Shown piece after piece: positions 19,468 through 30,095 of a stretch of DNA of 64,000 nucleotides. Source of the stretch: an uncultured Actinomycetes bacterium (GTDB lineage Bacteria > Actinomycetota > Thermoleophilia > UBA2241); the NCBI GenBank assembly GCA_963767005.1, contig CAVYCN010000002.1:1-64000 (forward strand). Direction: 5' to 3'. A model generated the notes under the pieces. It had not been told where the DNA came from, searched no databases, and saw only the letters and a list, made by a program, of their open reading frames with translations. Position 1 is the stretch's first letter. Each line of letters opens with the position of its first letter. A program made the translations under genes and the position numbers.

Positions 19468-20391
19468 CTACGCTCGGGTCGCGCCGCGCCCGCGTGCGCG
19501 GGCCATGCGCACGAAGCGGTCGACGAGCTCGTCCATGGGGATGCCGGCGGCGGCCGCTTCTTTGGGGAACAGGCTCTGATCGGTCATGCCGGGGAACGTG
19601 TTCGTCTCCATGAGGTAGAGCTCGCCGGCCGGGTTGAGGATGAAGTCGGCGCGTGAGAGGTCGCGGCAGCCGCAGAGGCGGTGCGTGAGCACGGCGATAT
19701 CCTGGGCGGCGCGCTGGCGGTCGGGCGCGATGTGCAGCGGCGGGCAGAGCTCCTGGGTGCGGCCGTTGTACTTGTTCTCGTAGTCGAACTCGCCGTCGGG
19801 CGGCGGGATGATCTCGATCACCGGCAGGGCTTCGTCGCCGAGCACGCCGACCGTGAGCTCGATGCCGGGGATCAGCTCCTCGAGCAGCATCGGCCCGTTG
19901 CGGGTGAGGGCGTCGAGCAGCGCCGCCCGATCGACCGCGGCAGGGTCGGTCGCGAGGAAGGTGTCGACCGACGAGCCGCCGTCGTTGGGCTTGAGCACGA
20001 ACGGGGCCTTCGTGAGCCCCGAGCGCCACAGCGTGTCGCCATCGACCATCTCACCTCTGGGCAGCGGCACGCGGCCGGCCAGGTGCTGCTTGAAGCGCCA
20101 TTTGTCCATGCAGAGCGCCGACGCGGCCGAGTCGGAGCCGACGAAGGGCACGCCGAGCCGTTCGAGCTCGGCCTGCAGCGTGCCGTCCTCGCCGCCCTTG
20201 CCGTGCAGCGCCGGCACGACGCAGTCGGCGGCACTGATCGCGGCCGCGTGGGGCGCGATGCCGTCGGCGTAGTCGAACGTCGTGACCTCGTGGCCGCGCC
20301 GGCGCAGCGCCCGCTCGATCGCGGCGGCCGAGCGAAAGCAGATCTCGCGCTCGCTCGACGTCCCACCGGTGAGAACGACGACGTTGCTCAT
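19468..20391 (-). CDS. ddl: D-alanine--D-alanine ligase
   Basis: GG.S.ERE, LHG..GEDG, MDK, KP..GGSS, DY..KY, R.DF, E.NT.PGMT..SL.P. Confidence 0.93.
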   Translation of the reverse strand: MSNVVVLTGGTSSEREICFRSAAAIERALRRRGHEVTTFDYADGIAPHAAAISAADCVVPALHGKGGEDGTLQAELERLGVPFVGSDSAASALCMDKWRFKQHLAGRVPLPRGEMVDGDTLWRSGLTKAPFVLKPNDGGSSVDTFLATDPAAVDRAALLDALTRNGPMLLEELIPGIELTVGVLGDEALPVIEIIPPPDGEFDYENKYNGRTQELCPPLHIAPDRQRAAQDIAVLTHRLCGCRDLSRADFILNPAGELYLMETNTFPGMTDQSLFPKEAAAAGIPMDELVDRFVRMARARGRGATRA

Positions 20392-20616
20392 GGCATCACC
20401 CTACCTGCCGTCGACAGCGTACGGGCTGAAGTTCTGGATGAGGGGGGCGTCCCCTGCGCAGTGACGGCGCGGCCGCGTAGCCCTCTCGCCGCCGGGCCGC
20501 GACGAGCGCACCGTCGCCTCGATGCCGGGCCATGACGACGCCGTCTCTGGGGCGCCGCCGCTTGCGAATGGTATCGTTGGCAGATCGTCACGATCCGAGG
20601 GGGAGGTCGCACGGGC

Positions 20617-21909
20617 ATGGGCGGGCAGCGTACGGTGGGCATCAACGGCCTTGGCCGCATCGGGAAGCTCGCGCTCTGGTACGAGCTCGCGCACGACGAC
20701 GTCGACCGCATCGTGGTGAACGTGGGCCGGCCGGTCGGCACGTCGCTCGACGCCGTCGTGCAGTACATCGCAAAGGACAGCACCTACGGGCCGCTGCATC
20801 GCTACCTGCACGGCCAGTCCGGCGTGCGCGACGTGCGCGTGGTCGACGAGGCGCGCGGCCTGCTCGCCGCCTACGGCAAGGAGATCGTCGTGCTGCGCGA
20901 GGCGCGCGACCCGGCGGCCATCCCGTGGCGCGAGCACGGCGTCGCGCTCGTCGTCGAGTGCACCGGGCGGTTCCGCGACCCGCAGGCCGAGGCCGACGCC
21001 GCCAGGGGCTCGCTGCGCGGCCACCTGACGGCCGGCGCCCGCGCCGTCGTCGTGAGCTCGCCGTTCAAGAACAGGCAGGAGGCGCCGCTGCCCGACGATG
21101 CCGCCATCCTCATCTCGGGCATCAACGACTGGCAGTTCGACCCGGCCAGGCACCGGCTCGTGTCGGCCGCGTCGTGCACGACGACCGCCCTCGCCCACAT
21201 GATGCGCCCCCTGCTCGAGCGCGACCTCACGCGCAACATGCTCACCGCCGGCATGAGCACGGTGCACGCCGCGACCAACTCGCAGCCGGCGCTCGACGCC
21301 GTGCCCGGCGCCGGCGCCAAGGACCTGCGCAAGACGCGCGGCGCCCTGGGCAACGTCGTGCTCACCTCGACCAACGCCGCGGCCACGCTCGAGCAGGTCC
21401 TGCCCGAGATCGCCCGCGTCGGTTTCATGGCCGACTCGGTGCGCATCCCCACGGCGACCGTGAGCCTCATCATCCTGAACGTGACCTTCCAGAACGAGGC
21501 CCTGCCCGACGGCGGCGTGGTGGTCGAGCGCGAGGCGATCAATCAGATCTACCGCGAAGCGGCCGCGGGCGCGGGCCGTGGCCTCGTCGTGTTCAGCGAC
21601 GAGCAGAACGTGTCGTGCGACATGGTCGGCGAGAACGCCGCCGTGGTGATCGAGGGCGTCGAGACGCACACGCGCACCGGCTTCATCGACCTGGTCGTGC
21701 CCGAGTGCGAGCCGGTCCAGGAGGGCGTGGCGGTCGCCGGCGGCGGGCCGGCCGCCGGCCGGCCCGCCGCCGGCGACGATCCCGTGCCGCACCGCACCGT
21801 GCGGGTGCCGCTCACTCACGTGAAGATCTTCGGCTGGTACGACAACGAGATGGGCAGCTACACGCAGCGGCTCGGCGAGCTCACCGCGATGGTCGCCCAG
21901 CGCATGTAG
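20617..21909 (+). CDS. gap: Type I glyceraldehyde-3-phosphate dehydrogenase family protein, long atypical variant
   Basis: GINGLGRIG, ECTG.F, ASCTT, TVHA.T..Q...D, RIPT..VS, WYDNE. Confidence 0.85.
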   Translation: MGGQRTVGINGLGRIGKLALWYELAHDDVDRIVVNVGRPVGTSLDAVVQYIAKDSTYGPLHRYLHGQSGVRDVRVVDEARGLLAAYGKEIVVLREARDPAAIPWREHGVALVVECTGRFRDPQAEADAARGSLRGHLTAGARAVVVSSPFKNRQEAPLPDDAAILISGINDWQFDPARHRLVSAASCTTTALAHMMRPLLERDLTRNMLTAGMSTVHAATNSQPALDAVPGAGAKDLRKTRGALGNVVLTSTNAAATLEQVLPEIARVGFMADSVRIPTATVSLIILNVTFQNEALPDGGVVVEREAINQIYREAAAGAGRGLVVFSDEQNVSCDMVGENAAVVIEGVETHTRTGFIDLVVPECEPVQEGVAVAGGGPAAGRPAAGDDPVPHRTVRVPLTHVKIFGWYDNEMGSYTQRLGELTAMVAQRM

Positions 21910-22003
21910 GCGCGCTCGCCCGCGTGGCGCCCGTGCGGGCCGCGCGGGGCTCGGGCTCAGGCAGGGAGTCGCGGCACGGCGTCAATCGCCCGCGCGGCCG
22001 GTA

Positions 22004-22068
22004 TGACGAACGTCACGGCCGATCGATGACGTTCGGCACTGCCGGCCGCGCCTGGCCGCCGCTACACT
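22004..22068 (+). promoter_or_regulatory. Paired TGAC-N4-GTCA-type sites upstream of the ABC exporter promoter
   Basis: TGACGAACGTCA (22004-22015), TGACGTTCGGCA (22027-22038), -10 TACACT (22063-22068). Confidence 0.45.
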
Positions 22069-22239
22069 GGTCGGCGAGGCGGATACCACCGCGGTGACAG
22101 CCAAGATGCCTCCGCGGGGTGACGACCGTGCGCGGCGTCGCCGGGTATCGTCCTTACTGATCGCACGACAATCACCGGGATGCGCCCGCCTTGGGGAGGC
22201 GGTGACGCGGCGACCCGGTCATCGAGGGAGGCCAAATCC

Positions 22240-23066
<827 letters not shown>

Positions 23067-23070
<4 letters not shown>

Positions 23071-25619
23071 TCCGCCTCGCGCTGCGCGACCTGTGGAGCC
23101 GCAAGCTGCGTACCGCCCTCACCATGCTGGCGATCGTCCTGGGCGTGGCGATGATCGCCGGCACGTACGTGATCACCGACCAGATCAACAACGGCTTCAA
23201 GACGATCTTCGAAAAGGCGGCCAAGGGCACCGACGTGAGCATCGCGCGCAAGTCGGCTTTCGGCGGCAACGACGTCTTCTCGGCGACCGGCGCGTTGCCG
23301 CAGTCGCTGCTCGCTCAGGTGCGGGCCGTGCCCGGCGTGGCGCAGGCCATCGGCACCGTCGGCGCGAGCGGCGCGGTCGTGATCGACGGCAAGACGGTGA
23401 CGACCGGCGGCGCGCCGACGCTCGTCTTTTCGACCGAGCCGCCGCCCTTCAGCCAGAGCGTCTACGTGTCAGGGGCGCGACCGTCGCGCGACGGTACGGT
23501 CGGCGTCAACACCAAGCTGGCCGCCGACAAGCACCTGCACGTGGGCGATACGATCGGCCTCGCCACCGAGCACGGTGTGCAGCAGGTGACGATCGCCGGC
23601 ATCTTCAACTTCGGCAACTCGGCCTCGATCGGCGGCGCCACGCTGGTCACGACCACCCAGGCCGACGCCCAGCGCTGGTACGACCTGACGGGCCGCTTCA
23701 CCGGCATCGCGGTGGCGGCCGAGCCGGGTGTCACACCCGACACGCTCGCGGCGCGCCTGAAGAAGGCGCTGCCCGCCTACGCCGACGTCAAGACGTCGGC
23801 CCAGGCCGTGGCCGACGACACCAAGGCGATCAGCGACGCCATCGGCACCGTGCTGCGCACCATCCTGCTCGCCTTCGGCGGCGTCGCCGTGATCGTCGGC
23901 GCCTTCATCATCTTCAACGCCTTCTCGATCACCGTGGCCCAGCGCATCCGCGAGTTCGCCATGCTGCGCTCTCTCGGGGCGACGCGCCGCCAGGTGCTCG
24001 CCGGGGTGATCGGCGAGGCCGCGCTGCTCGGCCTCGTCGCCTCGCTCATCGGCATCGGAGCGGGCCTCGGCATCGCCAAGGGCATCAACGCCCTCTTCCA
24101 CGCCGTCGGCGCCGACATCCCCACGTCGGGGATCGCGCTCGCGCCGCGCACCGTCGTCATCTCGCTGGTCGTCGGCATCGGCGTGGCGCTCGCCGCGGCG
24201 CTCGCGCCGGCGCTGCGCGCCACGCGCGTGCCGCCGGTGGCCGCGCTGCACGAGGGCGCGACGCTGCCACCGTCGCGGGTGAGCCGCTACAGCCCGTTCA
24301 TCGCGCTCGCGACCGCCCTGCTCGGCGCAGTCGTGCTCGGCGCCGGCATGTTCCTGCACGGACCGGCCACGAGCCGGCTCGCCGAGATGGGGCTCGGCGC
24401 CGTGCTCATCTTCGTGGCCGTCGCCATGGTGGCCAAGTACGTCGTGCGCCCGCTGGCCGCCGTGCTCGGCTGGCCGGCGGCGAAGCTCGCCGGCAGCGCC
24501 GGCCGCCTGGCGCGCGAGAACGCGACACGCAATCCGGCGCGCACGGCCGCCACGGCCGCCGCGCTCATGATCGGTCTCGCCGTGGTCGTGTTCGTGGCCG
24601 TCTTCGCCCAGGGCTTCAAGACGTCGTTCGTGAGCGCCGTCGACCGCTCGGTCAAGGCCGCCGTCGTGGTCACCGATCAGAGCGGCGGTACATTCCCGGC
24701 GGCCGCGTTGCCCGCGGTACAGGCCGTGCCGGCGATCGACAAGGCCACGGCCATCACCTCGGCCGAGGTGCAGGTGAACGGCCACGGCACGGTCGGCATG
24801 GTGGGCATCGATCCGGTGACCTTCGCGCCGATGTGGCGTTTTCACTGGCTGAAGGGCGGCTCCGACGAGCTCGCCGGGCGACTCGCGACCGGCCAGGCGC
24901 TGGTCGAGGAACAGTTCGCCACCAAGTACGGCCTCGCGCCCGGCAAGAGCTTCGTCGCGCTCGGCCAGTCGGGAGCACGGGAGCGCCTCACCGTGGTCGG
25001 CGAGTACCGCGATCCGCAGCTGCTCACCGGCTTCACCGTGGCCGAGAGCTCGTACGACCGGCTCGTGCCGGCGAACCAACGCGATCCGGCCTTCATCATC
25101 GCGACGACGAGCGTGGCGCCGGCCATCGCCAAGGCCGCTGTGTCGAGCGCACTGAAGGCGTTCCCGACGGCCGAGATCCAGACCAAGTCGCAGTACACGG
25201 CCTCGCTCAGCAAGCAGGTCGACCAGCTCCTCCTGATGATCTACGCGCTGCTCGCGGTGAGCGTCATCATCTCGATCTTCGGCATCGTGAACACGCTCGT
25301 GCTGTCGGTCTACGAGCGCACCCGCGAGATCGGCATGCTGCGCGCCATCGGCACGACGCGGCGCCAGATGCGGCGCATCGTGCGCTATGAGAGCGTGATC
25401 ACCTCGGTGATCGGCGGCATCCTCGGCACCGTGCTGGGCGTGCTCTTCGCCTACGTGGTCACGACCCGGCTCGCCTCGCAGGGCATCACCTTCTCGGTGC
25501 CCTGGGTCCAGCTCGTCGCGTTCCTGATCGTCGCCGCGGTCGTCGGGGTGGTCGCGGCCGTGCTGCCCGCGTACCGTGCTTCGCGAGTGAGTATCCTCGA
25601 CGCGATCCACTACGAGTAG
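23067..25619 (+). CDS. ABC transporter permease (duplicated MacB_PCD/FtsX)
   Basis: R..LT.L.I..GVA, QR.REFA.LR..GA, ERTREIG.LRA.G, PA.RA. Confidence 0.93.
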
Positions 25620-25659
25620 GATGACGCTGCAGACTGCAAGCGGCCGCCGGGGGCGGCCC

Positions 25660-26313
25660 ATGGCTGAACGAGACGACACACACGAGGGGGGCGACGCCGC
25701 GCGCGACCGCGCCGCGGCGCGCGCGGCGCGACTGCGTACGCTCATGCGGGCGACGCGGCCGACGCTGTCGACCCCGCAGCCGGATCCGGCGCCGAGCCTG
25801 CTCGAGCTGAGCGAACGGCAGCGGCGCAGGACCACGCTCGTGGCCGGCGGCGTGCTCATCGCGGTCGGCGCCCTGACCTTCGTGCTGCTGCTCGGCGGCG
25901 TGTCGGCGTTCAGCCTGGCCATCTTCGTGCCGGGCGTGTTGCTGGTCGCCCTGGCGGTCGGCTGGCGACCGGTCTACGCCTTCTACCTGGCCGGCCTCGG
26001 CCTCGCAGGCTGGGGCGCCGGCGCGATCGTCGACCGGGCGATCGCCTCGCCCATGTTCCTGAGCGCCGTCGGTCTGGGCTGCGGTCTGGGCTGCGCCTGG
26101 CTGATCCGCCGTGTGCAGGCCGGGCGGGCCCACCTGTGGCCGCTGCTCTTCGGCGTCTTCTTCGCCGGCATCGGCGTGCTGGCCGGCTTCGATCACCCCC
26201 GCGAGGTGATCTGGCACGCCTGGCCGCTGCTGCTCGTCGCGGCGGGCCTCGCCTTCGTGCTGCGCGCCGTGCTGCCCCCGCGTCGTGGGGTCGGCCGCCC
26301 GCCCCGTCTGTAG
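25660..26313 (+). CDS. Hypothetical multi-TM membrane protein
   Basis: About 6-7 hydrophobic segments; WP..L...G motif. Confidence 0.7.
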   Translation: MAERDDTHEGGDAARDRAAARAARLRTLMRATRPTLSTPQPDPAPSLLELSERQRRRTTLVAGGVLIAVGALTFVLLLGGVSAFSLAIFVPGVLLVALAVGWRPVYAFYLAGLGLAGWGAGAIVDRAIASPMFLSAVGLGCGLGCAWLIRRVQAGRAHLWPLLFGVFFAGIGVLAGFDHPREVIWHAWPLLLVAAGLAFVLRAVLPPRRGVGRPPRL

Positions 26314-26479
26314 CGCCGTCACGTCGGCCGGGCGTCCCCGCCTGGAGCGTCGTGGGGTCGGCCGGCCCGCGGCGCGTGGCCGGAGAGCCCCGACCGGAGC
26401 CTCGGCCGGAGCGCCTCGGTCTGCATCCTCTTGCAGCGCGAACGCAATTTGGCACGACGGGTTGCACGGGTCAGAGGCT

Positions 26480-26507
26480 GGAACCGAGCAACGCTCTGGT
26501 TCTTTTT
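26480..26507 (+). terminator. Intrinsic terminator-like hairpin
   Basis: GGAACCGAGC-AAC-GCTCTGGTTC-TTTTT. Confidence 0.6.
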
Positions 26508-26534
26508 GCGTCGGCGTGGCTGTCCCGATACGAT
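26506..26534 (+). promoter_or_regulatory. Housekeeping-sigma promoter of the symporter gene
   Basis: TTGCGT-N17-TACGAT. Confidence 0.5.
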
Positions 26535-26572
26535 AGCGGCTGCTGGTCCGTCGTCGATCCTCGGGGGAGTCC

Positions 26573-28132
26573 GTGAGCAAGTACGTCATCCTGGCCGTCT
26601 TCGTCGCCGTGCTCGTCGCGGTCGGCGTGTACTCGCGGCGTCGCACCAAGACCGTCGACGACTTCTTCATCGGCAGTCGCACGGTCGGCCCCTGGCTGTC
26701 GGCGTTCGCCTACGGCACGACCTACTTCAGCGCCGTCCTGTTCGTCGGCTACGCCGGCAAGATCGGCTTTGGCTTCGGGCTCTCGTCGCTCTGGATCGTG
26801 GTGGGCAACGCCTTCTTGGGCACGATGGTGGCCTGGTGGCTGCTCGCCGGCCGCACGCGCGTGATGACCGCCCGCCTGGGCGCCCTCACCATGCCCGAGT
26901 TCCTCGGCCGGCGCTACGGGTCGAAGGCCGTGAAGATCGTCGCGGCGCTGCTCATCTTCATCTTCCTCATCCCGTACTCGGCCTCGGTGTACACCGGCCT
27001 GGCCTACCTGTTCGAGAAGGTGTTCGGCATCGACTACACGACGGCGCTCTGGTCGATGGCCGTCCTGACGGCCGTCTACCTCGTCCTCGGCGGCTACCTC
27101 GCCGTGGCGCGCAACGACGCCATCCAGGGGATCGTCATGATCGTCGGCGTGATCGTCATGATCGCCTTCGTGCTACACGCGAAGGAGGTCGGCGGCCTCG
27201 CCCACGGCCTGCGCACCCTGCATCATATGGACCCGGCGCTCACCGCCGTCTGGCCCACCTGGCACATGCAGGGCAGCGGCTTCACCGCGTTTCTGGGGTC
27301 GCCCGGCGTCGAGCTGCTCGGCCTCGTGCTGCTCACCAGCCTCGGGGCCCTGGCGCACCCCAAGATGGTGCACAAGTTCTACGCCATGAAGGACGAGGGG
27401 GTCGTGCGCCGGGCAATCGTGATCTCGACCTTCTTCGCCTTTCTCATGACCCTGGGCGCCTACTTCACCGGCTCGCTCAGCCACCTGTTCCCGCAGGTCG
27501 CGCCGCTCGCCGCCACGAAGAACTTCGACGCGATCATGCCGACCGTGATCGACGTCGCGCTGCCCTCGACGCTCGTCGTGATCGTGCTGCTGCTCGTGCT
27601 GTCGGCGTCGATGTCGTGTCTCGCGTCGCTCGTCATGGTCTCGGCGTCGGTGATCAGCGTCGACTTCGTGCGCGACGAGATCAGGCCCGACATGTCGAAG
27701 GGCTCGGTCGTCACCCTCATGCGCGTGCTGGTCGTCGTCTTCATCCTGCTGTCGGTGCTCATGGCCCAGGCGCAGCTCACCATCATCATCACGATGATGG
27801 CGATCTCGTGGGGCGTGATCTCGGGGGCGTTCCTGGGGCCTTACATCTGGGGGCTGTTCTGGCGGCGCGTGGGACTGGCCTCGACCTGGGCCGGCTTCGC
27901 GGTCGGCGCCGGCGTCACTCTGCTCGTGGGTTGGCACTACAACTGGAACTCGGCCTACATGCCGGTCATCTCGAGCATCGCCATGGTGGGCTCGCTGGTC
28001 GTCGTGCCGGTGGTCGCGCTCTTCACCAAGCCGGCACCGGCCGAGTGCGTGGCGCGCGCCTTCGGTGACGGCGAGGCGGCGGTCGTCCTCGACACGCCGG
28101 CCGAGCCGGGGCTCGAGCCCGAGGCCGTGTAG
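26573..28132 (+). CDS. Sodium:solute symporter (PutP/PanF family)
   Basis: DFF.G.R..GPW..A, S...F.G..G, T.PEFL..RY, GGY.AV...D..QG, SASMS; about 13 TMs. Confidence 0.92.
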   Translation: MSKYVILAVFVAVLVAVGVYSRRRTKTVDDFFIGSRTVGPWLSAFAYGTTYFSAVLFVGYAGKIGFGFGLSSLWIVVGNAFLGTMVAWWLLAGRTRVMTARLGALTMPEFLGRRYGSKAVKIVAALLIFIFLIPYSASVYTGLAYLFEKVFGIDYTTALWSMAVLTAVYLVLGGYLAVARNDAIQGIVMIVGVIVMIAFVLHAKEVGGLAHGLRTLHHMDPALTAVWPTWHMQGSGFTAFLGSPGVELLGLVLLTSLGALAHPKMVHKFYAMKDEGVVRRAIVISTFFAFLMTLGAYFTGSLSHLFPQVAPLAATKNFDAIMPTVIDVALPSTLVVIVLLLVLSASMSCLASLVMVSASVISVDFVRDEIRPDMSKGSVVTLMRVLVVVFILLSVLMAQAQLTIIITMMAISWGVISGAFLGPYIWGLFWRRVGLASTWAGFAVGAGVTLLVGWHYNWNSAYMPVISSIAMVGSLVVVPVVALFTKPAPAECVARAFGDGEAAVVLDTPAEPGLEPEAV

Positions 28133-28252
28133 GCCGGTGGCGGTCGCGCCGGTGGTGTCCCCGTCGCGCTTGCGTCGCGGGGGCGCCGCGGGTCGGGCGG
28201 CCACACGCCCGCGGGCGGCGACGCGCGTCGCCCGCTCCGGTACAGTGACGAC

Positions 28253-29377
28253 GTGAGCACGGCGCCGTTCGAACAGGGTCCGATCCGGCCGCCGAGCGAG
28301 GCCTCGAGCCTGCTCGTGCGAGTCGTGCGCAACTGCGGCTGGAACCGCTGCCGGTTCTGCCCCGTGTACAAGGGCGCGCGGTTCTCGGTGCGGCCGCTCG
28401 ACGAGGTGCTCGCCGACGTCGCCGCCATGCGGGCCGCGGCCGACGCGCTCGCCGGCGACCCGCTCGCGGCGCTGCGCGCCGGTGTCGTACCGCCCGAGGC
28501 CTGGCAGGTCGCGCTGTTCCTGCGGGCCGGGGCCCGCGCCGTCTTTCTGCAGGACGCCGATCCCTGCGCCGTGAAGGCCGAGAACCTCGCGCTCGTGATC
28601 GAACAGGTCCGCGCGGCGTTCCCGACGGTCGACCGGGTCACGACCTACGGCCGGGCGGCGACGCTCGCGCGGCGTCGCCCGGCCGACCTCGCCCGGCTCG
28701 CGGCCGCGGGCCTCACGCGCGTGCACGTCGGCATGGAGTCGGGCGCCGACGCGGTGCTCGCCCGCGCCGACAAGGGCTGCACCGCCGAGCAGCTCGTGAC
28801 CGCCGGCTGCCAGCTTCTCGACGCCGGCATGGAGCTGTGCTTCTACGTCATGCCGGGTCTCGGCGGCCGCGACCTCGCCGGCGAGCACGTCCGCGGCACC
28901 GCGGACGTGCTGCGCGCGGTCGCGGCCGCCGCACCGGCGGAGCGCGCGCTGGTCGTGCGCCTGCGCACCACCGCGGTCGTGCCCGGCACGCCGCTCGCCT
29001 GCGACGAGGCCGAGGGCCGCTTCGCCCTGCCCGACGACGTCGAGGTCGCGGTCGAGCTGCGCGCCCTGCTCGAGCGGCTCGACGGCGTGCGCCTCGAGCT
29101 GCGCTCCGACCACGCGCTCAACCTGATGGCCGGCCTCGAGGGCTCGCTGCCGGCCGATCGTGAGCCTCTGATGGGGCTGCTCGACGAGTTCCTCGCGCTG
29201 CCGGCTGCTCGGCAGGCCGAGATCGCGCTGGCCGCGCGTCTCGGCGTGGTGGGGCGCCTGCGCGGGTCCGACGACCCGAGCCTGGCCGTCGCCGTCGACG
29301 AGGGACCGGCGGCAGGCGCCGACGAGGCGCGGGAGCGCCTCGAGGCGGCCAAGCGTCTGCGCTCGCGGTTCCTCTGA
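28253..29377 (+). CDS. Radical SAM protein
   Basis: GPIRPPSEA.SLL...RNCGWNRCRFC, FLQDA, HVG.ESG.D, MPGLGG, SDH..N. Confidence 0.88.
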   Translation: MSTAPFEQGPIRPPSEASSLLVRVVRNCGWNRCRFCPVYKGARFSVRPLDEVLADVAAMRAAADALAGDPLAALRAGVVPPEAWQVALFLRAGARAVFLQDADPCAVKAENLALVIEQVRAAFPTVDRVTTYGRAATLARRRPADLARLAAAGLTRVHVGMESGADAVLARADKGCTAEQLVTAGCQLLDAGMELCFYVMPGLGGRDLAGEHVRGTADVLRAVAAAAPAERALVVRLRTTAVVPGTPLACDEAEGRFALPDDVEVAVELRALLERLDGVRLELRSDHALNLMAGLEGSLPADREPLMGLLDEFLALPAARQAEIALAARLGVVGRLRGSDDPSLAVAVDEGPAAGADEARERLEAAKRLRSRFL

Positions 29378-29447
29378 CCGGGGCCGGGGCGTTCGCCCCG
29401 ACGAGCGCCGGCGCTTCAGCGGCGCCCTCAGACCGCGACCGGCTCGC

Positions 29448-30095
29448 TCAGAAGGCGACCGGGCCGGTCAGGTATCGCTGGATGGTCGGGCCGACGGCCG
29501 CGGCCAGGCTCGCCACATCGGCCGAGGCCAGCGGCTCGACCTTGCCGACGTAGCGCATGAGGGCGAGGCCGATGAACTGCGAGCCGACCAGAGTGGCGCG
29601 CAGCTCGGCGTCGGGTTGGCCGAGGGCGCGGGCGAGCGGCGCGAAGACCTCTTTGACGAGAAACCGGCGCACGAGCTCGGCGGCCTGCTCGTTGCAGACG
29701 GCGGAACGCAGCACGGCCAGGAGGACCGGCCGGTTGGTCGGCTCCTCCCAGGCGCCCAGGAAGCGCAGCACCACCAGCTCGCCGATGTGCTCGCGGTCGG
29801 CGGCAAGGAGCTCGGGCACGAGCGTCGCCGGCGACATCGGCAGCCTGACGGCCGCATCGAAGAGGTGCTCCTTCGCGCCGAAGTAGTGGTGCACGAGGGC
29901 GGGGTCGACGGCGGCGCGCGCGGCGATGGCGCGGATCGTCGCGCCGTCGTAGCCGGCCGCCGCGAACTCGGCGCGCGCGGCGGCCAGGATCGCGTCACGG
30001 GCACCGCTCTCTCCGGGCCGTCGCCCGGTGTGGGCGGGCGCGGCCGGCCGGCTCCCCGCCGGCCGGCTCTTCGTCGCTTGGTCTTCGCCGTTCAC
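29448..30095 (-). CDS. TetR family regulator
   Basis: IL.AA...F...GY...TIRAIA..A.VDPALV.HYFG.K..LF; GTGA overlap with the MFS stop. Confidence 0.92.
   Translation of the reverse strand: MNGEDQATKSRPAGSRPAAPAHTGRRPGESGARDAILAAARAEFAAAGYDGATIRAIAARAAVDPALVHHYFGAKEHLFDAAVRLPMSPATLVPELLAADREHIGELVVLRFLGAWEEPTNRPVLLAVLRSAVCNEQAAELVRRFLVKEVFAPLARALGQPDAELRATLVGSQFIGLALMRYVGKVEPLASADVASLAAAVGPTIQRYLTGPVAF

Noticed and set aside
26449-26466. Sigma-54-like TTGGCACG...TTGCA
   Set aside because: Spacing is GG-N11-GC rather than the strict GG-N10-GC
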